Shown: piece after piece, positions 1 through 13,321 of the stretch
Layout of the letters: each line of letters begins with the position of its first letter
Position numbering within the stretch: the stretch's first letter is position 1
Origin: Neocallimastix sp. 'constans'
Taxonomy: Eukaryota
DNA length: 64,000 bases
Assembly: GCA_050613775.1 (NCBI GenBank)
Contig: JBODTK010000011.1
Coordinates: forward strand, 558,001-622,000
Direction of reading: 5' to 3'
Program-made: the position numbers and the translations under genes
Notes under the pieces: model-generated
What the model was told of the DNA's origin: nothing
What the model saw: the letters and a program-made list of their open reading frames with translations, nothing else
Database searches by the model: none

Positions 1-2473
1 TATTTTCACTTCCTTCTTTACATGCACATAATAAAGGGGTTTCACCATTTTTATTATCTTTATTTACCTCAGCACCATGTTCAATTAAAAGTTGAACAAT
101 ACTTTCATTAAATTTTTTTTTACATGCCCATAATAAAGGAGTGTCACCATCTTTATTATTTTTGTTTACATCAGCACCATGTTCAATTAAAAGTTGAACA
201 ATACTTTCATTAAATCTTTTTTTACATGCCCATAATAAAGGAGTGCCACCATTTTTTTTATCTTTATTTACATCAGCTCCATTATCAATTAAAAGTTTAA
301 CAATATTTTCATTTCCTATTTTACATGCTTGTATTAAAGGTGTATTGCCATACTTATTTCCTTTATTTACGTCAGCACCTTTTTCAATTAAAAGTTGAAC
401 AATATTCACATAGCCATAACTACATATCCATATTAAGGGGGTATCGTCCTCATTATTTATTTTATTTACATCAGCTCCATTATCAATTAAAAGTTTAATA
501 ATATTTTCATTTCCTTTTTTACATGTACATAATAAAGGCGTATCCCCATCTTTATTTTCTTTATTTATAGTATTAGCACCATGTTCAATTAAAAGTTGAA
601 CAATATTTTCATTTCCTATTTTACATGCTTGTATTAAAGGTGTATTACCATACTTATTTTCTTTATTTACATCTGCACCTTTTTCAATTAAAAGTTGAAC
701 AATACTTTCATTAAATTTTTTACATGCCTGTATTAAAGGTGTATCACCATACTTATTTTCTTTATTTATATCTGCACCTTTTTCAATTAAAAGTTGAACA
801 ATACTTTTATTAAATCTTTTACATGCCTGTATTAAAGGTGTATTACCATACTTATTTTCTTTATTTATATCTGCATTATTTTCAATTAAATGTTTAACAT
901 TATTTTCAGATCCTCTTATAGAGGCCCATAATAAAGGAGTGTCACCATCTTTATTATCTTTATTGACATCAGCACCATTTTCAATTAATAGTTTAACAAT
1001 ATTTTCATTTCCTTTTTTGCATGCCAATATTAAAGGGGTATCATAATGTTGACCACTTTTGTTTATATCAACACCATTTTCAATTAATAGTTTAATAATA
1101 CTTTCATTTACACTTTTACATGAAAATATTAAAGGTGTATCATGATCATTATTTTCTTTATTTAAATCAGCACCATTTTCAATTAAAAGTTTAACAATAT
1201 TCGTATATTCATTTTTACATGCATATTTTAAAGGTGTATCATGATGTTTATCACTTTCATTTACATAAGCACCATTTTCAATTAAAAGTTTAACAATATT
1301 TTCATTTCCATTTTTGCATGCCAATAATAAAGGTGCATAACCATCTTCATTTTTTTTATTTACATCAGCATTATTTTCAATTAAAAATTTAATAATAGTT
1401 TCATTTCCTTTTTTGCATGCCAATAATAAAGGTGTATCACCATCTTTATTTTCGATATTAATATTAACACCATTTTCAATTAAAAGTTTAACAATATTTT
1501 CATATCCTTTTTTACATGCCCATAACAAAGGTGTATTACCATCTTCATTTTTTTTATTAACATCAGCATGATTTTCAATTAAAAGTTTGACAATATTTTC
1601 ATTTCCTGTTTCACATGCATATAATAAAGGTGTGTCACCCTTTTTATTTTCTTTGTTAACATTAGCTCCATTTTCAATTAAAAATTTTGGAATGGTTTCA
1701 TTTTCTTTTATACATGCTAATAATAAAGGTATATTACCATTTATATTTTCTTTATTGATATTGGCTCCATTTTTAATTAAAAGTTTAACAATAGTCTCTT
1801 TTCCTTTTTTACATGCTAAGGATAACGGTGTATTACCATATTTATTTTCTTTATTGATATCCGTTCCATTTTCAATTAAAAAGTTTGCTATGGTTTCATT
1901 TCCTTTTGTACAAGCATACTCAAAAATATTACAACAATATTCACCAATATTTACTGTCATGTTCAAAATTTCTTTTCTTTTTTTAATTTCTTCCGAAATT
2001 ATATTTTCAATTTTTGAATTCAAGAGCAGTATTCTATTATTTTCTATTTTGCTATTTTTATAAAGGTAGAGAAGCTCTTTTATAAAATTATTATCAAATA
2101 TAATGTAATCATAAATGATTTTAAATAATTTATCATTTTTTGTTTCTATTAAAGTACGCAAAAACTCACTAGAAATATTAAATTTAGCATTATCATTTTT
2201 TAAAGATACTATATTTTTAAGTCTTTCCTGGTTGAGTAATTCTCTATTATATAAATAGAAAATGATGTCAAATTTTTGATAATACTTATTTAATTCAAAA
2301 AGAGAAGATAAATTTTTGTCATCAATGGCGACCAAATACAAATAAATTATGATATCTTCATCATCATAAGCTTTAAAAATATCATCAATATTTTCTTCTT
2401 CATTAAAAAAATATTGAATTCCTTTATTTTTTAATTCATTGTATAATTTATTATAGTCTTTCTCCAATTCCAT
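1..2473 (-). CDS. Ankyrin-repeat protein (about 20 repeats visible; 3' end runs off the window)
   Basis: ATG at 2473-2471 opens MELEKDYNKLYNELKNKG... and the frame appears open to position 2. From ~1920 it is ~33-aa repeats of the type GNTPLLWACKKGYENIVKLLIENGADVNKEN. It is absent from the ORF track because there is no stop in the window. Confidence 0.93.
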   Translation of the reverse strand, partial: MELEKDYNKLYNELKNKGIQYFFNEEENIDDIFKAYDDEDIIIYLYLVAIDDKNLSSLFELNKYYQKFDIIFYLYNRELLNQERLKNIVSLKNDNAKFNISSEFLRTLIETKNDKLFKIIYDYIIFDNNFIKELLYLYKNSKIENNRILLLNSKIENIISEEIKKRKEILNMTVNIGEYCCNIFEYACTKGNETIANFLIENGTDINKENKYGNTPLSLACKKGKETIVKLLIKNGANINKENINGNIPLLLACIKENETIPKFLIENGANVNKENKKGDTPLLYACETGNENIVKLLIENHADVNKKNEDGNTPLLWACKKGYENIVKLLIENGVNINIENKDGDTPLLLACKKGNETIIKFLIENNADVNKKNEDGYAPLLLACKNGNENIVKLLIENGAYVNESDKHHDTPLKYACKNEYTNIVKLLIENGADLNKENNDHDTPLIFSCKSVNESIIKLLIENGVDINKSGQHYDTPLILACKKGNENIVKLLIENGADVNKDNKDGDTPLLWASIRGSENNVKHLIENNADINKENKYGNTPLIQACKRFNKSIVQLLIEKGADINKENKYGDTPLIQACKKFNESIVQLLIEKGADVNKENKYGNTPLIQACKIGNENIVQLLIEHGANTINKENKDGDTPLLCTCKKGNENIIKLLIDNGADVNKINNEDDTPLIWICSYGYVNIVQLLIEKGADVNKGNKYGNTPLIQACKIGNENIVKLLIDNGADVNKDKKNGGTPLLWACKKRFNESIVQLLIEHGADVNKNNKDGDTPLLWACKKKFNESIVQLLIEHGAEVNKDNKNGETPLLCACKEGSEN

Positions 2474-2571
2474 TTTATATATATATCAATTTTAAATAAA
2501 TTTTATTCAATTCAAATAAAAATATTAATTTAATAGCTGTTGAATCTTTTATTTAAAAAAAAAAATAATAA

Positions 2572-2572
2572 C

Positions 2573-2662
<90 letters not shown>
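2572..2662. repeat. (AAT)n microsatellite
   Basis: Direct reading. Confidence 0.95.
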
Positions 2663-2665
<3 letters not shown>

Positions 2666-4396
2666 CCAGATAGAAATAAATTCTTTAGAATATTTTTTTT
2701 TTTTTCTTTAAAAAAAAAAAAATTTTTGAAAAATAAATAAAAAAATAGATAATAAAAAAATTTTTTATTTTATATATATATATTAACATATATATATTAA
2801 CAGTATGTTAAAGTATTAGCGTATTAGCAAATGTCATACGAACATTATGCATAATGTATATAATACGCCACATCAAGCATTATTAATTACAACTTTATTT
2901 ATATATAATTTTTATAGTTTAATTAAATTTTATTATTGTTTTGTTTGAATTTATTTTTTTTTTTTTTTTTGGAAATAAAAAAAATATAAATGTATTATTA
3001 TTAATAATAAATAAAGAAATAAAGATATTTAATAAATACATTTTAACAATCTAAAAAATGAAGTTACTGAAATGGAACTGTTCATTAAAAGAAATAAAGA
3101 AGTAAAGAAAATTGATATAAATCAAAATCCGGATAGCCAAGTAAACACCTTTAAGAAATATATCAATAATAACTCAAAAAGTAAAAATAGAGAAGAAAAG
3201 AACAAAGAAAATTATTGTTACATATGTCATAAACCAGGACATACTACTGATTCTTATTTCTTTATAAATTTAAAAAAAAAATAAAACTAAATCTGAAAAA
3301 AGTTATTGATATGATAATATTTGTTTCTTTTCTTTCTCTATCTTCTATCGTTATTACTTTTTAAATTATAACCTAAACAATAAAAAGGAAAAAACTAATA
3401 ACAATTCTGAAGCAACCTCTGAATCTAGTAATGATGAAGATATAAATCTAGAATTTTCCAAAAATATTTTAATAAATCATATTAAACAAAATTCAAAAAT
3501 AAGTGATGAAATTGAATGGATAATTTGATTCTGGATGTTTACGTTTTAATCTTCCGATTCTGTTGATTCGTTATTTGATATTACTGATTCACCAAATGAG
3601 GGGGAACACTCTAACAATGATTCACAATTAATGAATACTAAACAATCAAATAACAATTCAAATACTTCAAATGATGATACAAATAATAATAACTCAAATA
3701 ACATTAATATTGACAAACAAAACATTTATAAAAATAATAGCAGTTATTTCAATAACAATAGTAAAACACAAATTACTAAAAGTAGCGATAACAATAAACA
3801 AACAGAATCAATAAATAGTAACAATAGTAAATTTATCAATAATCACAATAATAAAAGAAAATTTAATGATGAAAATGATATTAGAAATAAAACCACTAAT
3901 AATGAAGTCACTAAGAAAAATATTTCAAATCTGGAAAAGAAAAGGAAAAATCTTAGACATCAAACTTAATAATCTATCAAACCTTAAGAAAGCAATTAGC
4001 TCTTATGACTCAAAACAATGGAAACAAGCAGTCCATAAAAAATTAAAAAAAAATATATATATAATCAAAGAGTTATGAAGATAATAAAATAAAATTTCTC
4101 ATAATGCAACACTAATTGATGGAGGATGGATATTTGAAAAGATGATGGAACCAAAAAGGCTAGGTAGGTAGCCAAAGGTTTCAAACAAAAGGAAGGTATT
4201 GATTACACTGATACATATTCATCAACTGTACAAGCAGATAGTCTTAGAATAACTATTGCAACAGCCACTGGATATAAATGGAATTTAAAACAATTAGATA
4301 TAAAGGCAGCTTACTTAAATGCAAAATTAAAAGAAAAAATTTACATGAAAATTCCTAAAGGCGAAAAAAATTATAATAAAGGCAAGTTTTGGTTAT

Positions 4397-4998
4397 TGTA
4401 ACGAATCTTAAAAAATTAGAAATTAGAATGCTGGCATAGTGGTTAGTCACTATGACCTCAGCCTGAACCACTAGGGTTCGACTCACACCTTTACTAAAAT
4501 TTTATATCATTTAAATTTTAAAAGAATTTTTATACTTCATTTCTGTATTTGTTTCTGTATTTGTTTCTGTATAAATTTCTGTAAAAAATTAACAAAAGAA
4601 ATTCTTAGAAATTAATAGAAACAAATCAGATAGAAATTCTATTTTAATTTATCTTTTATCATTATTTCTTTTAGATTCTTTTTAACCGAAAATAATCAAT
4701 TTTTATGAAACTTTTTAATGATTTTATGGTTTTAAATTTTTATGGATTTAAATTTTGAAAAACTATAAATAGGAGTGAATTTCGCAGCCAAAAGATTTTA
4801 AATATTGTGTTTTTATTAATTATTGAATTAATTAATAAGTAATTCGAAATATTACAATAGTTAATCTTTATAATTAATATTTTTAAATTTCTTAATTAAT
4901 AAAACTATATTTTAAAAAACCAAATTACTTATTAATCAAAAAGTGCTTACCTATTGTGTTACACTCTTTAAAACACGGATATTCCAATATTCGTTACA
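4397..4998 (+). mobile_element. Solo LTR (602 bp) inserted in the copia RT
   Basis: Perfect 10-bp terminal inverted repeats TGTAACGAAT/ATTCGTTACA. 5-bp TSD GTTAT at 4392-4396 and 4999-5003. Removing it restores the RT peptide FWLLEKA. TATAAATAG at ~4764 suggests + orientation. Confidence 0.9.
4432..4484 (+). promoter_or_regulatory. tRNA-like Pol III A-box/B-box pair inside the solo LTR
   Basis: TGGCATAGTGG (4432-4442) and GGTTCGACTC (4475-4484) at tRNA-like spacing. No acceptor stem or proper T stem. Confidence 0.6.
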
Positions 4999-6015
4999 GT
5001 TATTAGAAAAGGCAAGAAAACAAAACTAATTAAATATCCTAACAGAAAAATTACTAAAGAAGAAAGAGAAAATTCCTCAGAAATTGATAAAACAATTTAA
5101 AAATCATTTATAGGAGAATTATTATTTATTGCGACTAAGACAAGACCTGATATTGCTTTCGCAGTAAATTAGGCATCCAGACATTCAGAACATCCAAAAG
5201 AAATTGGTTTAAAATTAGCTTATATAATCTTATAATACTTAAATTCAACAAAAGAAAAATCAATTCATTATAAAGGAGACAAAAAATAATGGTTTACAGT
5301 GATGCAGATTATGCTGAAGATAATGAAACAAGAAAACCAACAACTGGGTATATTTTCCTTAATGGAAACTGTCCAATTTCTTGGAAATCACAATTACAAA
5401 AATGTGTAACTTTATCAACAGCAGAAGCAGTAGCAGAAGCAGAATTTGTTAGCTTAATTGAATGCACCAAACATAGTTTAAATGATTTAAAAAAAAAAAA
5501 AAGGTTAAGGTTAGTGAAGTTACAACACGAAGAAAAAAAAATTTTTTTTTTTAAGCATTTCATTTTTAAAGGTTTTTTTTTTTTTTTTATTATTATTAAT
5601 TTATTTTGTAACTTTTTGAACTATTTAGTTCTCTAAGGAACAAACATTTAGTATGATAATAATAATATATAATAACAATCCTATATCTAATAAATATTAG
5701 AAAGTATCTATTTTTTTTTGTTTGTTTTTATTAATATTTTTTTACAAAAAAAAAAAACATTAATTATTATAGAAATAAAATAAAATAAAAAAGCCTAAAA
5801 AAGTATAATAAAAATATAAAGTATTAATGAAAACAAAGTATAATAAAAAGAAAAAAGAAAAAACTATACTTAAACTGAAATTGGAATAAACTAGAGTTCT
5901 ACCCCTCGAATATTTCAGGGAATTGGAATTCAATTCTATATAAATGATATATAAATCATAGATTATTCTAACCTAAAAGAATTTTTATTTAATAATAATT
6001 TTAATAATCAAAATC

Positions 6016-6047
<32 letters not shown>

Positions 6048-6102
6048 TAATTCTATTTAATCAATAGAAAAAATAATAGAAATAAAAATAAAAATAAAAA
6101 TA

Positions 6103-6134
<32 letters not shown>

Positions 6135-8267
6135 AAGTTTTAGATCATCAAATAAAAAAATTTTATGTACGGTAATTTTATGTACGGTATATTTATTTTC
6201 AGTATTATTATTTTATTTTCTTAATATTTTTTTTATACTAAATAATTAATAATTGATTTATAGTTAAAAAATAAAGTTAAGAATATTTCGTTATAATTAT
6301 TCCATATTTTTTGTCCTTTACTTTATATTTTATATTTTAATATTTTAATTTTAATTTTTTTTTTTTTTTTTTTTTTTTTATAGTATTTTAAATTATTTTC
6401 TTAATAATTTTAATACTAAATAATTTATAATTAATTTTAGGTTAATAAATAAAGTTAAGAATATTTTGTTATAATTATACTATGCTTTTTGTTTTTTTTT
6501 TACTAAATCTTTATTTTAACTAATATTTATATATTAAAAATTAATAATCAAATAAATATTATAATGAATAAAAAATTAATAAAATTTCTCCCTAACATTT
6601 TTGTTTTTGTTTTTATTTTTCTTCCTTTCTTTTTTATACTTTTTATTCTAATCTAATTTATTATTCATCTTACAAGTGGAAACAGAGATATCAATATTGC
6701 TTATCAATATAAACCATATTTTTATAGTAATATTCATATTATAATAATTATTAATGAATACTCAATAATGAAAAAGAAAAAAAAAAATTTTTTTTTAATA
6801 GCAATAAATTATAATTTAATCTTTATTTCATTTATTAATATATAAAATAATTTTTTTTTTTTTAAGTTAATAATTAATTATTTACTATTCAATAATTTTA
6901 AAATGATAATAACTTAGCAACTTAAAATTTTAATTGTATTTAGTCTCCTTTCTTTTTTTTTTAAATTTAAATTGTATTTAGTCTCCTTTCTTTTTTTTTA
7001 AAATTTAATTGTATTTAGTCTCCTTTCTTTTTTTTAAATTATTTTAAGGATGACGTTTTATTTTGGGACATCTTCATTTCTTAAAATTTTTATATGTCCC
7101 TTTAATTAATAATTAATTTTAAAACTCTTATTAGCTAATAATGTTATTTTTACGAAAGAGAAAAATAAAATGAAAAAAAACCTAAACTATTTTTAAAACA
7201 ATTTTTCCACAGTAAAAGCATTAATGCGAAAGAATTTTCATTTGAATGATATATATAATAATAATAATAAAAGTAATAAAAATTAAATTTTTTTTTTTTA
7301 CTATTCTTTTAATTTGCTAAAAATAATGAAAAACAAAAATATAAATATAAATACAAAATAAAATAAAATATATATATATATATATATATAACTTATTTAA
7401 AATAAAATGATAATAATAATAGTAATAATATATATATAATAAGAAATAAATAAAAATGAAGAAAAATATATAAAGTAATAAAAATAAAAGTTTGGAATTT
7501 TATATTTGTTATGTAATATTAATATTAAAAAAAAATTTTTTTTTTTTTTTTTTTTTTTTTGGATGAGATTATTTCAAATTCAAGTATATTTAGCCTTTTT
7601 TGGAAATATAGGAACTCTTAAAATTGAAGAAGAAAATAATACTTCTCTATTATTAGAATGTAGATACAATGAAGGTTATAATGAAATTTATTGTGAATTC
7701 AAATACAAAAAGTAAATTGGTGTAATTAGATATAATAATATCCATAAAAAAAGTAGCATTCAAAGTTACTAAAGTGGCATATTCAAATAAAAGAAAATAT
7801 GATTTAAGTAAATATTCTCTTTCTAAAAAAAATATTTCAACTATAGGAGGATGGAAAATGGAAAAGAGATACAAGAATTTAGAATTGGAGCTACATGTGA
7901 TAAATGCAATACTGTTAAAAACCAAAAATTCATATTAGCATTTTCTAAAAAAATGTAGGAAATGAGTTTTAATAATTTTATATATTTTATAATCTATATA
8001 TTATAAAATATATAAAATATAAAGTAGCTTAAAAGTTATAAAAATTATAAAAATCATATAATTATAGATAAAATAAATTTATATATATATATTAAATAAT
8101 AAATAAAAATCTTAACATAAAAATACAAAATAATTTTAAATAAAATTTTATTATTTATATATTTATTTATATTTTTATTTATTTATATATTATTAAATAT
8201 AATTTTATTTATATTTTTATATTAGAATTAGATAGTAAGTTTATTAAACATTTTTAATGTTTTGTTT

Positions 8268-8302
<35 letters not shown>

Positions 8303-8480
8303 TTAATAACTATTTCAAATAGGCATTTAAAAAATTAAAATAAGGTTGACATAATAACTCAAATTAAAAATTTTATTCTATTAATTTTGACTCATAAAAT
8401 ATTATTTTTATATTTGATTCAGCAAGTAAATAAAAAAAAAGAATTATAGGTTAATTTATTATTTTAGTTTTTTTTCTTTT

Positions 8481-8542
<62 letters not shown>

Positions 8543-9100
8543 GAATTTATTCCATATTCAATTAAATTATTTTTAATAATATATATATTTTTATATATAA
8601 ACTTTTTAAATTTTTTTTTTTTTTTTATATCTCCGGTGTGTACCGCCCTATTCCTTTTTAAAGTAAATTATTATTTAGATTTAGATGTTTATTTTAACTT
8701 TTTACTTTCTATAATTAATATTATTAGTTACCGACTTTTTTAAAAAAAAAAAAAAAAAAATTGTATGAAACATTTTTATTAATTAGTAAATTACATTCTT
8801 TGTCTCTTTTTTTTTTTTTTTTTTTTTTCTTTAAATAGTATAAATTAAAAATAAATAAAAAAAAATTTATATTATTTTTATATAAAATTATATTAAAATA
8901 ATTGAATTTCAAAAATTAAATATTATTATTTCATTCATTATTACTTTAAAGATTTTCGATTAAAATATAATAACAATAAAAATAAATAATAATAAATACT
9001 AATAATAACAAATAATAATAATAATTAATAATTAATAATTAATAAATAATAATAATAATAATAATATTAATATTAATAATAAAATATTATTATTAAAAGA

Positions 9101-10222
9101 ATGAGTAAAATTAAATTATACATTTATATATTTAATATATATATTTTATTTTTCATAATTTTTTTGACAATTACAAAAATTAATGCTATAGAAATTTTGA
9201 TAAGAAATAATGATAACTTATTGAATTTAAATGATATTATATTTAAAAATCAAATTGATAACAAATTAACATTAAATTTCATAGACCATTATTATGATAT
9301 GACTAAATTTCCAAATTGTTTAGATATTAAATCTTTAACGGATACTTCAATAATAGGAAATTCAAATGGGACTGTATTTGATTTTAAAAATGACAAAATG
9401 GGATATTTAAAAATAACACATGATGGTAATGGTAAAGCCATAGTTATAAAAAATATTATATTCAAGAATTATTATAATAAAGGCTTTATACGTACTAAAA
9501 ATGAAATATCATTAATAAGCTTTATCGCTTTATCTGATAATTTTTCCTTCGCTATAAGTAATTGTACTTTCCAAAATAGTTATAATAATATCATATATCT
9601 TGATATTACCACTTCTATTTCAACACTTGTCAATCCAATTATTATTGAAAACTGCAATTTTTAGTAAATAATAATTATTATCATATGTTACTCTTTATAT
9701 TTTTACAAATAAGGATAAATATTTAAATAATAATAATAATAATAATAATAATTAATTTATTAATTTATTATATTTTTAATGATATTAATAATATATAAGT
9801 AATAACTATGAGCAAATAATTAAGAATTATCATCATTATAGTTACTATTATCCATATATATATAAAGATATTTCAATTAACATAAAAAATTGTAATTTTA
9901 TAAACAACAGAGGATTAGTACAATCTATGTTATCCTTGATAACATTTGAAAATTGTAAAAATTTAATTAACAATATTATAATTATCTATTATTATAATAT
10001 AATATTAATAAACTACAATTGTTATTACTATTATTTATTAATTCTTAAATTAAAAAGGTTATTTTTCAAAAATAGAAAAAGATTCCTTAAATGAAACTAA
10101 AGGTGCATTCTATCAATCTCAATTTGGTGGTGAATATTTAATCATAAAAAATTCTTTGTTTGAAAATATTAATATAGATACTGAAACACCATTAATTTAT
10201 GGAAGCTATTTAGAACTTGAGT

Positions 10223-10260
<38 letters not shown>

Positions 10261-10498
10261 CTTTTTTTTTTTTTAATACTTTAAATAAAGATATTCAATT
10301 AAAATGAAATTTTTTATTTAAAAATTATAATATTGAATAATAAATAGGATTTTAAATACTACATTTTCAAATTGCTATTCAAATTATGGTTACTTAATAA
10401 ATCTTTACAAAAATATTTATATGAGACCTATAAAAATAGTCAATACCTCTTTCATAAGTAAAAATAATAATATAGCATATATAATAGTATAGTTTTCC

Positions 10499-10530
<32 letters not shown>

Positions 10531-11293
10531 TTATTATATATATTATATATATATTCTTTAATAAATACTAAAAATAGATACTTGTACAATATTTAATGGA
10601 AATTCAAATACATTTGAAATTACAGGATCTTCTTTTAGAAATATTACTTTAAAAAATTCATTACCAGCAATAATTGATTCAGTATATTCGGATATTAATA
10701 TTTCTAATACAGAATTTATTGATTTAAAGTAAAAATAAATAAAATTGATATACTATCATATATAAATAATATTAATTTAATATAAAAAAAATATAAAAAT
10801 ATATTTTAATTAATATAAAAAAAAAAAAAAAATTGTTACATATTATATATATATTTATATATATATTTATATATATAATTTCACAAAATTAATATAAATT
10901 AAATAAATAATACTAGTATTACTAGTTCTTTATTTAATAATCAGTCAAAAAATATTTTTTTAGATAATATAACATTTAAAAATATAAATACAAATTCAAA
11001 AGCTCTTCTTAAATTTGAATATAATAACTTTTATATTAATAATCTTAAAGTGGACAATATAAAATGTAATGGAGATATTAGATATTCTTCCTTAATATTA
11101 ATTAATTCTGTAGAAAAAAAATATAATATACATATAAAAGGTTTAAGTATTACAAATAGTATTTCAAATGGACCATTTATAGTCATCATGGGAGAAGCAG
11201 TTGAATTTATATTAGAAGATTCTAATATTCATAATGTCAAATCCTATGGGCCGATTATTGATATTATATCAAATGATGTAATTTTATATATTT

Positions 11294-11342
<49 letters not shown>

Positions 11343-11626
11343 GAAACAATTAATATATTAATAAATGTTATTAAGTAATTCAAAAAAATTAAATGTTTTA
11401 ATCTAAATTATAGAATAAAGTTACCATAAAAGATTCAAATATAACAAATAATAAAAATGAAGATAAAGAAGATGATGGAATTTTTCATTTTGAAAATTCT
11501 TTAAAGATTGAAATATATGAGTCTCGGTTTGAAAATAACAATTCTAAATATGATGGTGGTGCAATGTGAGAAGAATTAATTAATTAATTAATTAATTAAT
11601 TAATAATAATAATAATAATAATGACA

Positions 11627-11700
<74 letters not shown>

Positions 11701-11701
11701 G

Positions 11702-11760
<59 letters not shown>

Positions 11761-11761
11761 G

Positions 11762-11800
<39 letters not shown>

Positions 11801-12765
11801 GTATTAATAATATTAATATTAATAATAAATTAGTATTAACAATTAATCTATTAATTCAACTTATATTATATATTATGATTATAATATAAACAAAAGTTGT
11901 ATTAAAAATATTTTAAATCTAGAACTCAATTTAACAGATAATATATTTATAAAAAATAGAGCAAGAAATGGAGGCGCTTTATATCTTAGTGATAAAAAAG
12001 TAAACAATAAAAATGATTATAGCAAAGAGAAGAGAAATACAAATTATATGGATAATAATTATAATAATGATGATGATGATAAACTAAATAACACAAAAAA
12101 AAATATAATTAATATAAAAAATACAAAATTTTTTAAAAACAAAGCAAATAATTTTGGAGGTGCAATATTTTATGAATTTACTAATCAATATTATGATATT
12201 AAAACAAGTAATAATGAAATACTTAATAATAATGCTGGAATTATGGGTGGAGGAATCCATTCTAATAATTGGACTAACACAAATTTTATTGATACCTATA
12301 ATAATAAAATTGATAATAATACAGTAATAAGTTATTTTAAGAATGATTATAGTTCAAAAATTTCTTATATTTCATTAGATACAAAATTAGTTGATAACCT
12401 AATTGAAACTCATTCTGGACAACCTTTTCAATTACAATTTTCTTTGTATGATGATTATGATAATGTAATTACTGATATTACTAAGTATTATTCGTCTATG
12501 ATATTAAAAATTACAATAAAGGAAATACAACAATTTGATAAATTAAATAATAATATCAATAATAAAAAAAGGGACGATAATGAATATAGTATTTATGGAA
12601 ATATTTGTTCATTTATTAATGGTAAAATAATAATAATAGTAAATAAATAGTTAATAATTATAATAATAATTAGTAGAAAAAATAAATAGTGTTAATGACA
12701 ATACGAATAGTAATTTTAATAATTATAATAAAATGTGATATAAACAAATTTAAAACATGCTTTTA

Positions 12766-12808
<43 letters not shown>

Positions 12809-13270
12809 ATTAAAACATATTTAAACATAGGTGTATGCACATTAAATCAATTACAAATATTTTCATTTCCTAAAACTTATTTGGTAAAAGTGGTAATCGA
12901 AAATTATAATGACAAAGTAGTATTTCAATTTAAGGATATAAAAATTAAAATAAATGATTGTGATGATGAACAAATAAAAATATATAATAAAAATGGTCTA
13001 CTCTATTGTGAAAATCCAAAATGTAATCCGAATTGTCCAGTAGATATTTCAGCTTACTGTAAAAAATATTATAATGAATCAATAAATAATCCAAATTTAA
13101 ATATATGTGAATGTTTACCTGGATATAATGGAATATATTGTGAGAATAAAATATTTATTGATTATAGGTAAATATATATATATATTTGTATATATAATAT
13201 ATCAATATATTTCAAATATATGATGATTAATTAATATATATTTAAAAATATTTTATTATTTATTATTATC

Positions 13271-13321
<51 letters not shown>

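Larger units (their letters stand above)
2806..5480 (+). mobile_element. Degenerate Ty1/copia retrotransposon relic with internal deletions
   Basis: LTR-like segment TGTTAAA...TTTAACA at 2806-3048. Decayed Gag knuckle CYICHKPGHTTDS; broken protease WI/DSGC at ~3515-3540; RT motifs VAKGFKQKEGIDY, QLDIKAAYLN and TRPDIAFAVN; RNase H YSDADYA...SWKSQLQKCVTLSTAEAE. Many stops and frameshifts. Confidence 0.9.

Noticed and set aside
1587..2063. 158-aa hydrophobic ORF on the + strand
   Set aside because: Antisense shadow of the ankyrin repeats.
4425..4495. Second functional tRNA gene
   Set aside because: A and B boxes are present but the acceptor and T stems do not pair. Kept only as a promoter-like cassette.
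6930..7110. Triple 37-39 bp repeat followed by an ATTTTGGGAC MITE-like terminus
   Set aside because: No matching opposite terminus or TSD found.
7560..7965. Possible small gene or exon
   Set aside because: Slightly coding-like composition, but no consistent frame or recognisable motif.
8611..8655. Tiny LINE 3' end resembling 20462-20510 (GGTGTGTACC after a T run)
   Set aside because: The match is too short to call with confidence.
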